Below the pieces are notes generated by a model. The model made no database searches, was not told the origin of the DNA, and saw nothing but the letters and a program-made list of their open reading frames with translations. The translations under genes and the position numbers were made by a program. A DNA stretch of 64,000 nucleotides from Octopus vulgaris (lineage: Eukaryota): assembly GCA_951406725.2 (NCBI GenBank), contig OX597815.1:143840001-143904000 (forward strand), given 5' to 3'. Each line of letters begins with the position of its first letter. Positions within the stretch are counted from its first letter, which is position 1. Below are positions 46,839 through 60,571 of this stretch, in pieces.

Positions 46839-46877
<39 letters not shown>

Positions 46878-47014
46878 CTCCATCATCATCATCATCATAT
46901 ATATGTATGTATATATATATACATATATATATATTTGTAATTCTACGAAAGAATCTGAATTTCTGGGAGGTCTTCAATACACATAGACGCGCACCCGCAT
47001 ACACACACACTCAT

Positions 47015-47113
<99 letters not shown>

Positions 47114-47180
47114 TATATATTTATATCGAGATATATATATGTGTGCGTGTAAACATGTCCATATATATGTATTTACATAC

Positions 47181-47214
<34 letters not shown>

Positions 47215-47246
47215 GTCTGTAAATACATATATATAAACATGTTTAA

Positions 47247-47283
<37 letters not shown>

Positions 47284-47297
47284 GGTATGTATATGTA

Positions 47298-47382
<85 letters not shown>

Positions 47383-48116
47383 ATTCTGCTCTTTGCATTT
47401 ATTCTTCCATTTTCCATCAATGTATATATATATATATATTCTTTATTTTTGCTTGGCATGGTTAATCTATGGTATAAGATGACACAAGAGTTGCGATGTT
47501 TTGTTTAACCAGACAAGAGGGTGCTGCTTTGAGAGAAAAGAGAGGACTGTTGTTGTTTCGAAAAAATAGATGGAAAAGTGATAGACAGATAGACAGATAC
47601 ATTTAGAGAGGAAGAGAGAGGGAGAGAGAGAGAGAGAAAGAGTCAGAGAGAGAGGGAGGGAGGGAGGGAGATAGGAAGCGTGGAGAGACGTGTGTTTGAA
47701 GCTTCCATAATGATAATGTTCTTCTATATGTAAGGTACATTGTTGGAATGAGGCGTACTCCCACGGGGATTGAGAAATATTCATGGCCCGCAGTAGACAA
47801 CCGATTTAGGCATTCCCCTGCGGTGTTAAATGCGCGCTAATGCACATGCACTTGTATATGCACACCTACACAACACTACGTATGCCTTAATAGCTACACG
47901 CATATTTACATGTTTACAGACTACACACACACACACACGCACGCACGCACGCACACACATACACACACGCATATACACACATACACACACGAGCATACAC
48001 ACACACACACACACATACAAGTGCACATTTTCTTTTACCCAAACGCATACATACACATATGCGCACTTATGTATATATGCACACATATATTGATTTATAT
48101 CCGCACTGTATATATT

Positions 48117-48149
<33 letters not shown>

Positions 48150-48176
48150 TTGTGTGTGTTTCTATTTCTGTGTGTG

Positions 48177-48226
<50 letters not shown>

Positions 48227-48272
48227 TATACATATATATATACATATATATGTATATATATATGTATACATA

Positions 48273-48317
<45 letters not shown>

Positions 48318-48447
48318 TCATATATTTCATTCGTATGTATGTATATATATATACATACATACATATACCATTCATGCATACGTACATATGCTTTCATATC
48401 TATGTATATATAAGTATATGTATAAGTATATATAAGTATATGTATAA

Positions 48448-48488
<41 letters not shown>

Positions 48489-48736
48489 CAAATCTCTGAT
48501 ACACGCACACACACACACCATTCATACATACGTACATGCTTTTGCGGAATTCTTTAGGCTTTTTTTTATATGCGTAATAAAATATGTGTGCAGACATTTA
48601 CACAAGTATATGTCAATATAGGTATACACGCACAGAAACACACACACATATGTGTGTATATATATATAGATAGATATATATATATAGATACATAAACACA
48701 CGAAAATAAGCACGCACACTCACACATAGACACATA

Positions 48737-48772
<36 letters not shown>

Positions 48773-49171
48773 TGTATGTATGTATGTATGTATTAATATT
48801 TTGCTGAAGCATCATCAGAAAACTGCTTCTCTGGCAAGCAACATGAATACATATGTGTGTATATATTTGTGTGTGTATATAAACATAGATATATGTGCGT
48901 TTGTGGCGGAGGTTGATACTTACACCATATCTAACATTCATGTTTCAATAATTCCTGTACATAGCCATAAAAACACGCACACAGATATATACACGCAAAA
49001 CTTGCATATACATACATATCTACATGCATATATGCGTGAATGTGTGTGTATGTATGTATGTATACATATATTCGTACATATATATATATGTGCGTGTGTA
49101 TATATATATATCTAAATAATATATATATTCATACATATATATATGTATTTATATGTGTGGATATATATATG

Positions 49172-49224
<53 letters not shown>

Positions 49225-49225
49225 T

Positions 49226-49956
49226 AGATCGTTAATTTAAGGATAAAATAAAAACGATTTTATCAAGTGGCCAGCATGGAAAAAATAACTTTCAAAGGTA
49301 ATAATTATTAAAATTATAAATTAGGGTATCTACGAGATACCACCATGCTGAAAATAGCATTCATAAATGCAAAGTCAGAAATCCGGATCTAGAATTATCC
49401 AGTAATTTTTTACTAGCTTCATCTTGTATCTTCTCGTAGATACCCTAATTTATAATTTTAATAATTATTACATTTGAAGGTTATTATTTCCATACTGGCC
49501 ACTTGATAAAATCGTTATTTTATTTTTAAATTAACGATCTTATCTTTATTTATATAAATTTATATTTATTTCGTCACTGTTTTTACTGCGGCGATATTCT
49601 GACTATATTTCACATGGAATGAAACAGCGGGCATTTTGAACTGGCCATAATGCTTACGTGCATATATATGTAAGTATACGTTCGTATATGTAAGTATTTG
49701 TATGCTGTATTTATATATATATATGTATTTATGTTTATCTTGTGTGTGTATTCTACTGACGAGGCAAAGCATTCATAAATGCAAAGTCAGAAATCCGGAT
49801 CTAGAATTATCCAGTAACCTTTTACTAGTTTCATCTTGTCTCTTTGTTTTTTCTCCGTGTTGATATAAGGACAATTTAGGTGGTTTTCAAGTCAGATCAT
49901 AGCTGCTATTTTAAGCATGGCGGTATCTCGTAGATACCCTAATTTATAATAATTTT

Positions 49957-49962
<6 letters not shown>
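49226..49962. mobile_element. Composite of partial direct and inverted copies of one hammerhead-bearing repeat
   Basis: 49226-49337 is inverted relative to 49433-49539; 49356-49428 is repeated directly at 49768-49839; 49905-49962 is the reverse complement of ~49305-49358. Confidence 0.85.
49750..49807 (+). ncRNA. Type I hammerhead ribozyme motif (one extra A before GAAA)
   Basis: ATTCTA / CTGACGA (49756-49762) / GGC-AAA-GCATT-CATA-AATGC-AAA-GTC / a-GAAA / TCCGGA / TC / TAGAAT. Predicted AUC cleavage after 49801. Confidence 0.85.
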
Positions 49963-50003
<41 letters not shown>

Positions 50004-50302
50004 TACATGCATATATACATGCACATACACATACATATATACATGCATATATCCCCAAAATAGTTAATGCTCTTAGCTCAGATTTTGGGGCCAGCCAGAT
50101 ATGAACACTCTTCCAGTGTAACCGGCCGAAACTGTAAGGATAATCTCGAAACTTGACTGAGGAAAGAAGGCCGCGAATGACGCCGTCCTTGTTTTTCCTC
50201 TCCGTCTATTAATTTTTTCTGTCCATCTCTGTATCGTCTATCTGTCCCGATTTTTCATTGTCGTCTGTTGCGTTCTCGTTCCATTTTTGGGATGTGTATA
50301 TG

Positions 50303-50378
<76 letters not shown>

Positions 50379-51071
50379 TGTATAAATACATATATTCATG
50401 CATATAAAATATCTACCGATATGTATACATGCATCACAAATGAATGGATTCACTGTTTCCATATATCAATGGCGGCAGATTTCGTCCCATCATGCACTTG
50501 ACTGTGATTACAATCTGCCGTCGGAGGAAGAAAGAACTAGCCATTTTACAACCGGGTCCTTGACGATTTCCTTCTGTGTCTGATATATATATCGTGTTTT
50601 TAAACGCTCCATGTCTACTAAAAGTATTATCTCCGGACGAATACCGCAGTAAATTTGGTCTTCAAGATGTATTTACATTAAGTACTATATGCAGATGGCC
50701 ATATATATTCAAAAATTCTTTACCATTCAAAAAATTCTTTACTATTTACGTTACTCTGGGGTTCATACATAGTCATAGAAGAATTTCATTTTGATATTGG
50801 ACAGTGTTAAACGGGAGTGAGACGGCTTATCTGAGTAGCTGCGAGGTTGTCTGTAATTCTCATGAGATAGGTGGGGAGGTAATAATGTTAGTGCATGCAG
50901 TAAAACGTTTCTAGCTACTGTTTTTGATTGACACATAGGGCAGAAACCATTTGATGTATTTAGAAGAACGATTAACCAACAAGCGACAGTTGAGTAGTTT
51001 GACTTCCTCGGGTGAAATCGTTCTCGTTTTCACGTTTTCTACCACAGGCAGTACTTGTAACTGTCTTTCTC

Positions 51072-51105
<34 letters not shown>

Positions 51106-51527
51106 ATTCTCTCTTTCTCTCTTTTTCACACACACACACACATACACACACACACGAACGAATGTGTAAATGCATGTGTGTTGATGTAATTTCGTACGTC
51201 TAATACACTTGTATAAAATGATTTAGTTCTCATGAGGAACGTACTGCATCGAATAACTTGAATTAAAAACAGTTTGAAAGCCCACCTTCCAATAAATGAT
51301 CATACACATGAATACACGCATGCGCATGCATTTGCATGTGTCTACATTAGTTCTAGGAAGGTAAGTAGTGTCCTCTCGCCACACTAGTGAGGTTGGTGTA
51401 TTTATTTCTCAGTTTTTGAGCTTCTACAGATTAATGTATGAAGGGAGAACATCGACGCGGTGAATAGAAAAGGGATAGCTAAAGTACTGAGTGTTAGCTT
51501 TCTTAAGTGAAAACACTTTAGAGATAA

Positions 51528-52105
51528 TCGTGGCAGAAACGCTAGCATGCTGGGCGAAATGCTTAGCGGTATTACGTCTGCCGCTACGTTCTGAGTTCAA
51601 ATTCCGCCGAGGTCGACTTTGCCTTTCATCCTTTCGGGGTCGATTAAATAAGTACCAGTTACGCACTGGGGTCGATATAATCGACTTAATCCGTTGGTCG
51701 GTCCTTGTTTGTCCTCTCTGTGTTTAGCCCCTTGTGGGTAGTAAGGAAATAGGTATTTCGTCTGTCTTTACGTTCTGAGTTCAAATTCCGCCGAGATCGA
51801 CTTTGCCTTTCATCCTTTCGGGGTCGATTAAATAAGTACCAGTTACGCACTGGGGTCGATATAATCGACTTAATCCGTTGGTCGGTCCTTGTTTGTCCTC
51901 TCTGTGTTTAGCCCCTTGTGGGTAGTAAGGAAATAGGTATTTCGTCTGTCTTTACGTTCTGAGTTCAAATTCCGCCGAGGTCGACTTTGCTTTCATTTTT
52001 TCGGGGTCGATAAATTAAGTACCAGTTGCGTAATGGGGTCGATCTAATCGACTGCCCCGCCTCCCCAAATGTTTCGGGACTTGTGCCTCGAGTAGAAAAG
52101 AATCA
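51528..52105 (+). mobile_element. SINE family B head-to-tail trimer, 184-bp period
   Basis: tacgttctgagttcaaattccgccgag at 51585, 51769 and 51953; units 1 and 2 nearly identical. Confidence 0.93.
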
Positions 52106-52184
52106 TACGAAGCAATCTTGGAGGTACATCTGATAAACAAGAACTGCATGTATATGTGTATGTGTCTGTGTGTGTGTGTACATA

Positions 52185-53780
52185 CATGATAGTCAACTGT
52201 GGAAAGATTGTCGACCAGACAGAGAACATGTACATCAATGATGTGTATATTTCTTCTATCTCTAATGATGAAAATTATAAGTATCTCGTAATCGATAAGA
52301 ATGTTGTATATATTGGTGCTGTAACTAAAGACAGAACAACAGAAGTGTACCTCTGTAGACTCTGGAAAATATGGAACTCAGGGTTGTCTGCATTTAACAA
52401 GACCATATCTCACAATGCTTTTGCAGTGCCAATGCTAGTACTAACATTTGGGATACTGGATTGGGCACTTGACGAGATCCGCAGCCTAGACATCAAAACT
52501 AGAAAAAATACTGATCAGCACTGGCAACTTCTACATCAACAGAGAGAGCGATAGGAGCTATGTGAAACGAAAAGATGGCGGTAGAGGAATAAGGTCAGTC
52601 CAAACAGCCTTTGAATGTATCATTCAGACAACACATGCAGAACAGTAAAGAAAGAAATGAGTATATTACATACATACTCGAAAGTGAGAGCAACATCTTC
52701 GGAGTTGAAGAACTACTGAGCATGTATTCTGAAAATATAACTGTCTCATGCAACCCAAAGGTGGTTGGACTGGCCTACATAAACAGAGGCTTGGAGGAGA
52801 AGCAGGCATCATACCATCAAAAACTAATGCTTGAGTACACATACCGTAAGTTTGAGAATACCGACCGCAGTAACAGGAAGAGTAGCCTCTCCTGGGCCTG
52901 TAACAGATACATTACATCCTACCTAGAAAGATATGCTTTCGCTAACAGGAGATAGCTACTAAACACCTGGAAAACAAGAGAGATAAATATACCACCAAAC
53001 CTCTATGTTGCGATAGAAAAAGTTGGCTCTGCTTTACCAATATGGAAGATATCACCCACATCATCATCAGCTGCTCCAAAATGTCTACGAGATTCTACGT
53101 TCCTCTGAGGTATGATATGTTTGCAAAGACTATTTACAACGCTACTCTGCAGGAAGGATTGCCCTGACGTATACATCAAAGGCATGTCAGAACCAGCAAG
53201 TATTCGTACCTTTAAAGGAAGGAATTCTGATTGAGCACTCCAATAAAAACATCTTTTCGGTGCAAAAATTACAGCACTGATATTGTTCTGTGGGAAAGGG
53301 AATAAAAGTCATGCAGCATTGTAGAAGTTAGCTGCCCAGCGGATGTGAATGTACCATCAAAAGTTCAGGAAAAAGAGAACATCTATGGCGAATTAAAGCG
53401 GAACTTACAGCTTTTGTACCCTGATTATAATTTCTCATTTGTACCTATCAAGATCGGTGCAGGAGGTTCTGTACTTACAAATTTACACAAAAACCTAGAA
53501 ATACCTACTTTCATGAAGAAACAACAAGAAAACGGACGCGGATTCTTCAAGTCCAATCTATTAACGGCGCACTGGAGATTTGTAAGCCATTCCAAAGATT
53601 CTCCATCTGAGATTCTTTAGGTGAATAGATGTACACCCTTGGGTTTTTGCATAGACAGCTCACCTAACATACCAACTCAACCACATATTTACAAACACGG
53701 GGAACTCTCTTACCTCAAAAAGTATTGTCACTTTGTTAGCGACCAGCTTGAATTTTTTCATGAAGAACTTAAATAGAACA
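52185..53780 (+). mobile_element. 5'-truncated R4/Dong-like LINE: RT C-terminus, CCHC knuckle, REL endonuclease and 3' UTR
   Basis: YKYLVID..KIWNSGLSAFNK..NAFAVP..FGILDW..LDIKTRK; YVKRKDGGRG; EDITHII..C; IVEVSCPADVN..EKENIYGEL..VPIKIGAGG. Confidence 0.9.
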
Positions 53781-54160
53781 TACATACACACACACACACA
53801 CACACGCACGCACACACATACATACATACATACATACATACATACATACATACATACTTACAAATTTACACAAAAACCTAGAAATACCTACTTTCATGAA
53901 GAAACAACAAGAAAACGGACGCGGATTCTTCAAGTCCAATCTATTAACGGCGCACTGGAGATTTGTAAGCCATTCCAAAGATTCTCCATCTGAGATTCTT
54001 TAGGTGAATAGATGTACACCCTTGGGATTTTGCATAGACAGCTCACCTAACATACCAACTCAACCACATATTTACAAACACGGGGAACTCTCTTACCTCA
54101 AAAAGTATTGTCACTTTGTTAGCGACCAGCTTGAATTTTTTCATGAAGAACTTAAATAGA

Positions 54161-54191
<31 letters not shown>

Positions 54192-54247
54192 CACGCACGC
54201 ACACACATACATACATACATACATACATACATACATACATACATACA

Positions 54248-54277
<30 letters not shown>
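53472..54277 (+). repeat. Near-perfect tandem duplication (383-bp period) of the LINE 3' end with its microsatellite flank
   Basis: tacttacaaatttacacaaaaacc begins at 53472 and 53855; both units end in the same (CA)n-cgcacg-(CATA)n pattern. Confidence 0.95.
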
Positions 54278-54279
<2 letters not shown>

Positions 54280-54299
54280 ACGAATGCTTTCTGTCATTT

Positions 54300-55200
54300 C
54301 ATTATCGTATCATCTGTGATGAAATCTTGTATTGCACTCTCACCAAAAAAACCGTACTGCAATTAAACTTGAAAGAATGTGAAGTAAAGCTGTAAAAGTG
54401 AAAAAAAGACATTTTTGTTCCATAAAGCTAATCGATTTTGCCTCACAGGTTGTACTCTTGCTTCCAGACAAACAGTTTTACCTTTACAGCTTATCAATTT
54501 TTTATAGAATTTGTTTTTGAGATTATCTCCTGTTCTCATTTGGGGTTGGTTCCAGTCGCCACCAAGAAACTGTTCTTCTTTTAATGGAAGTAGAGATTTA
54601 TCTTGTATTAATTTTATATTGGAATTTATTGTTCAGATACTGGTCATTCTGTTCTATTCCTCTTAGCTTGTTTTCGTTTCGTTTATACAAAATACCTAGG
54701 CCATAAATGAGCTCTACTCTTTTTTGTATTTCCAAGTATCGCGTTCTGCTGGAGTCAACGTTAGAAAACTGTTGTGCTGAAGGCACCTATTGAGGAAGAA
54801 ACACTATAGCAAGCCATCTCTGATCTTCAGACAAACAGAACGTCTTTTCTTAAAGACATGTCAAATTTTTAGGGAATTTTTGGTTCTTGAAAATATCTCT
54901 CCTTCTTATGTAGAGTTGGTCTCAATTGCCAGCAGGTGATTGATCTACCTTCCCTGGAAGTGGGAATAATTTCAATAAATTAAGAATTTATCTTGTATGG
55001 AATTTAATATTTTCTTATTTCTTATATTCGCAGAAATACCTGTCAGTGGTCTTTTAGAGTAATTCTCCTTTGCTCACTTTTGTTGGGGTTCGATTCTCTG
55101 TAACCGCCTGCAGGAAACATTTTTCCGTCTTCTATGGGTATTTACCTAATTTCCAAGGCAGTTTTCACAGCTATCTCCCGTTCGAAATTTACTTTATTTT
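54300..55200 (-). mobile_element. Probable decayed R4/Dong-like N-terminal region
   Basis: Basic, KLR..LNNKFQ-type segment and a WQ.R motif, similar in style to 1200-1500. Confidence 0.35.
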
Positions 55201-55210
55201 CTGTAACATA

Positions 55211-55276
<66 letters not shown>

Positions 55277-55505
55277 TTATATATGTGTGTGTGTGTGCGC
55301 GCGCACGCACGCGTGTATGTATGTATCTTGTATGATGTATGTATGCATGTGTGTGTGTGTGTATATATATATATATACACACACATACATATACATATAT
55401 TTACATATATCTATAATACATACACATACGCACGCGCACACATACACTTACACAGGCATCGTGATGCAAACAGGGAAATAGAACTCAAAATTTAAGTATA
55501 TATGT

Positions 55506-56505
55506 ATATTGGATTGACCAAAAGTTTGTTTGGTTTTTAAGCAAGAATAGGGCGTAAGTTTTAAATACAGCGTGATTTATTCAATCATTCATAAAATAAC
55601 CGTTTCTTTCCAATATCTTCTGCCATTTTGTGAGCAGATCCATTATTCCCTGCTCAAAAAATTTCCTTTCTTTACTAGCGAAAACTCTTTCACGTGAATT
55701 GCTACATCCCCCCTCAGAACTGAAGGTCAATCCATTATATGAATTTTGAAGAGACCAAACTAGGTGGATATTTGAAAATGCAAGGTCAGACGAATATGGA
55801 GGGTGCAGGAAAACGTTCCTTTCCAATCCCACCAAATTAAAAACATAACTTAACTTTGCCTGAAGTCCTGATCATTTACGCTTCAAATTGTTACAGATAA
55901 TCCATCTTTCGTTCCCCTTTAACCATTCTCTTCAAAAAGGGATCGTTTTTTTCATGGTTCTACAACGAATCGCAGATGAAAAATCGTTGTGCGAGATTAG
56001 CCCATTCAATGGGACCCCAACATCCAGCCTGCTAACGTAACCAATTTGATGCAGATGACTTTTCATCTCTAGTCTTGATTATTTGGAGAATGTCTACGAT
56101 TATCCTGGTCGTATAATGGGAATTAGTGTCAAGTACCTCTTTCATTTTGTTGCTGTTAATCTCAGTTGGCCGGCCAGAGCGAGGATAGAAGGAAAATCTT
56201 GAAAAATCACTTCTGGTACACACTTTCCTTAATAGCACCCTACCCATATGCCTTCCTGCAGATTTTCGTCGCTTTCTTGCTTCTTTAAAATAAAAAATCA
56301 TAAGGTATCGCTTATATTCGTTTTGGTTATCTATTTTCAGCGTGATCACAAGCGCACAAAGTACAATGTCTCGTCGCAAATTCGAATCGAACTACGTTGT
56401 AGTCTCAAGTATCAAACGAGTGTGGAGGCGCAAGAGGCAGATTGAATGCTTGAAGAATAGTATCGACAGAAAAAAATTCGAACGGACTTCTTGGCAATCC
56501 CAAAA
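55506..56505 (-). mobile_element. Decayed mariner element
   Basis: HPPYSSDLA (YSPDLAP), RSGRP, LDVxVP (WVPHEL-like); imperfect TIRs at 55506-55540 and 56470-56505. Confidence 0.88.
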
Positions 56506-56633
56506 TTTTATATTAATGATAATCGGCAGAAGTTACTGAGTGACTCAAAACCCCAGAGTTTCTTGCAATGGCACTTACCAAACACACACAAAGATATATA
56601 TATCCGCTGCATTGGCGGATAAAATTTCATTAT

Positions 56634-56728
56634 TTGTGTATTAAGGCTACCATTGGTTTCATGCTAAGAAAAAATATTTAAATATTTTAGTATCTTAACA
56701 TGAAACCAACGGTAGCCTTAGTACACAA
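56634..56728. repeat. Inverted repeat with 36-bp arms built from a hammerhead-like 3' half
   Basis: ttgtgtattaaggctaccattggtttcatgctaaga / tcttaacatgaaaccaacggtagccttagtacacaa; right arm contains GAAA-CC-AAC-GG-TA. Confidence 0.85.
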
Positions 56729-56744
56729 TGTATATATATAATTA

Positions 56745-56998
56745 TTTGTCTCTCTATCTCTCTGTCTATCTGTCTGTCTGTTCCCTATGCATTCTCAAAC
56801 GGCTTCAGCAAATCAAATCAAATTTTAGAAGGTAACAGTATTAGACCCCGTAAGTGTCAACGTATAAGATTTATTTACATTTGAATTAAAACAATATAAT
56901 ATTTTATCTAAAATAATCTTTCTATAGTCAACTATAATAAATGACATTTTATACCATGACGACGTCATATTTTGTTTATGAGTGTGTATGTGTCTGTG

Positions 56999-57059
<61 letters not shown>

Positions 57060-57976
57060 ACATTGGTTGCGTAAATGTATATCTGTGTGTGTCTGTCTTA
57101 GTATATGCATAAGAGTGTATGTGTGTGTGTCAATGTTTGTGAGAGTGTGTGATTGTGAATTATACTGATGTAAACTGGCTATATGAAAGACCTATACTGG
57201 CTCCAACAAATGAAATGGTTGATAAACTTAATCATGAACTTCTTCCAAAGTTAACAGATACATCAGAAACGAATTTTCCATCAATTCACATAACAGTCGA
57301 TGAAGATCACGTTGTTCAATACACTGTTGAATTTCTGAACGCACTTAAACTCACTGGGATGCCATCGCATAACTTGACACTAAAGCTGGATGCTTCCATT
57401 ATGTTGTTTAGGAATCTTGACCAACCTCACCTGTGTAATGGAACTCGCTTAACTGTTACTTCCATGAAGCCCCATGACTTACAGGCAACAATCATAACAG
57501 GTAGTCACAAAGGAGAAAATGTCTTTATTCCAAAGTTTCCTCTCATACCTACAGATGTTCCATTTGAATTTAAGAGACTTCAGTTTCCAGTCAAACTAAG
57601 TTTTGATATTTCATTTAACAAAGCTCAAGGTCAGTCCCTCAAGTTAGTTGCATTTGATATATCTCCTACATGCTTCTCCCACGGCCAGCTCTATGTTGGT
57701 TGCTCACGAGTTGGAAGCAACAATTTATTCATTTCGATACCAACAAAAAAATTACACAACGAATATTGTTTACCCTAAGGTGCTTCAAAATTTACAGATT
57801 TTCAGTTCTAAATTCTATTATCATTACAATTTGGATATTCTTTAATAAAATATAGATATATTTTGAAATAACTATGTGAAAAAGAAAATATCTTCATATT
57901 TATTGTTTACTAATCTGAATAAGAACAGCAGTAACCCGGGCAACACCGGATATATATATATATGTATAGGTGCTAG
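56745..57976 (+). mobile_element. Internally deleted Helitron
   Basis: 5' ctgtctgtctgt..aaacggct motif, PIF1-type helicase C-terminus, 3' hairpin ccggg-caac-accgg and CTAG|T. Confidence 0.8.
57161..57790 (+). pseudogene. Helitron RepHel PIF1-like helicase C-terminal fragment
   Basis: ERPILAPTN, EFLN..G.P.H.L.LK, RNLD..LCNGTRL, FKRLQFPV, NKAQGQSL, FSHGQLYVGCSRV; frameshift before TTNIVYPKVL. Confidence 0.93.
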
Positions 57977-59055
57977 TATGAGCGTAGTTTTACAAAAGGA
58001 CAAAGAGAGCTCAATACGTAAAGCAGAATATACAGTATTTAATCTATTATTAACAGAGATTATGACAGACGTTACTCAAGGGTCTAGAGTTTTGCAGCAA
58101 AGCATTTGAAATACACACACATATAGGCGCGTACACACAAGCACACAAACGTTCACATGTATACACACACATACATTCACGCGCGCGCACACACATATAT
58201 AAATATATGTGCACACAACGTATAAATGCGTATATATGTATATAAATTTTATATATATGTATATATGTATATATATATATGTACGTATATATATATGTAT
58301 ATATATATATAGAGAGAGAGAGGGGGGGAGGGAGAGACAGAAAAAGAGAGAAACATGCATATATATACATGAACATACTCGCATATATGTATATATACAT
58401 GCATACATACGTATCTGATGCGTGTATGTGTATACATCTATCGGTTATCTATGTGTCTATCTATCAATAATCTACGTATATGTCTGGTTTTCATCTATGT
58501 TAGTCATTGAACGTGTATGCCTATACGTCAGTCAGTTTGTCTATGTGTCTGTGACTATGTGTCATTCTGTATCTGTTTGTGTGTCACAATTCTCACAACT
58601 TCGCTATCAGGAAATTAACCACAATAACCTATGACATCGCACACTAAACAGATTGGATCTTTCTTCAACAACAGAGGGACTTAGTCACGTCCTCCGTACA
58701 CACTCACACGCATGCCTACACGCACGTTCACATTTAAACATACACACATACTCAAATGCATGCTCATTTTGTACACATACATATATAAATACATACACAC
58801 ATGGATAAGAACAAATGCGCTCGTACATAGACACACATACAGACGTAAGCATATGTACGCCTATACATACGTGTAACAATGAAAATATAATTATGCAGAT
58901 GAACGTATATACAAAAATGCAAATGTATTAATAAATATGGATACATAACCACACACAAATACACGTACACAATCGCATCCGCATATACACCCATATACAC
59001 ATTTACGCACATTTACGTACAAAGGCACGCATATACATTCATACATTTATATATT

Positions 59056-59946
59056 CACAAGACGGAATGACAAAGTTCTCAGACTAGTTCTGTACCCGAC
59101 TACAGATGTCAGAAACGGTTGCATGCGAAGTAAAAGCTAGCGGTGTCCTTCATGAGGCAATGTACCGAGTGATGTCGTTGTGTTTACTTCACATGTTGTG
59201 AAATTTGTGTTCTCTTGTGATCACCGTATGTTGTAGTCTGCGATTTTGTCATGGACAGGAAGAGCCAACGTGAAATTTTGCGTTAAATTTGTGAGTTCTG
59301 CTACAGGGACATTGAGCATACTTACGTCGACGAGGCAATGGGTCGTGCGCAATGTTTCGAGTGGCACGGGTGCTTCAAAAGCCGAAGAACATCCCAGGAA
59401 GATGATGAACGATCTGGAAGACTTGCCACGAGCGTCACCTCTGGAACTGTGGTATTGTGCGTTGAGAATTTGTCCCCCGGGTCCATACCATCAATCGAGA
59501 GTTCTACTGCGACATTTTAAAACGTTTCAGGGAAGACATTCGGCGAAAGCGACCGGATCTGTGGGGCGCGAAGAATTGGATTCTTTGCCGAGCTCTCCTC
59601 ACACATGAGTTTCTCGCCGAAAACAACATGGTATCGTTTCTGCACCCACCTTATTCGCCAGATTTAGCACCTGCGAACTTCTGTCTGTTCCTCGACATGA
59701 AAATGCAGTCTAAAGTCGCCATTTTAACAAAGTTGTCGAGATCAAGAGCGAATCGCAGAGGGTCCTCGATACGCTTACGGAAAACGACTTCCAGGTCGGA
59801 TTAAAAAAATGGCAGGAACGCTGAACGGTGTATCGCCGGGCAAGGTGACTATTTCGAAGGAGACGATGATAACACTGAGATAAATAAGTTGTTGCTTTTT
59901 TTATTAAACATTACTAGTCTAGGAACCTTTTTGATACCACCTCGTA
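59056..59946 (+). mobile_element. Internally deleted mariner element
   Basis: RANVKFCVK..FEWH..FK..DDERSGR, then a jump to REFYCDILKR..RRKRPDLW..HPPYSPDLAP; right TIR actagtctaggaacctttttgataccacctcgTA. Confidence 0.92.
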
Positions 59947-60495
59947 ATGCATATAAGATTAATGCACATCATGGTACACACACGCTTATGTAATACATTT
60001 ATGTAAGTATGTATGTATTTTTGTCGAGTCCTAGCTTACGCGGGTTTGCTCATCCCATCACGTGACAGTCCATGCCGAGCGTGGGAAATTTATGTCTATT
60101 TGCTGGGAGCCTACCATCAGCTATATAAGGAGAGGTCTTCACGCTATTTTTTTAGTGAGGTCGAGTTCGGATCTCGGCAGAGGGCAAGTTTTATTTCACA
60201 GGTAGCTTTCAACGCATACGTCTATTCCTATCCTCCAGCAAAAGTTATGTTACGTATTCATTTTCCTGTTCTATTCAGTTCTATTCAAGTACCAACTGCA
60301 CGAGAAACCGTGTATATATCTTCCAACAGTATATTTCAAGATGTATCTCAACAACGTTACTGTGTTAATACTCTTTAGCAGATTGAATAAATCGTGGCAC
60401 TTAATCTTCCTGCTTTTCTGTTTCTTCCTTTATCTACATTCACACGTATGTTGGAACTCAAAACAGCATAATTCATCAACTCAACATCTCTCCGT

Positions 60496-60558
<63 letters not shown>

Positions 60559-60571
60559 ATGTATATATATA

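Noticed and set aside
48790-48825. Minus-strand CTGATGA-TGC(TTCA)GCA motif
   Set aside because: It lacks the G of GAAA and has no helix I partner.
51528-52105. CRISPR-like array
   Set aside because: These are whole 184-bp tandem units with no unique spacers, in a eukaryotic context with no cas genes.
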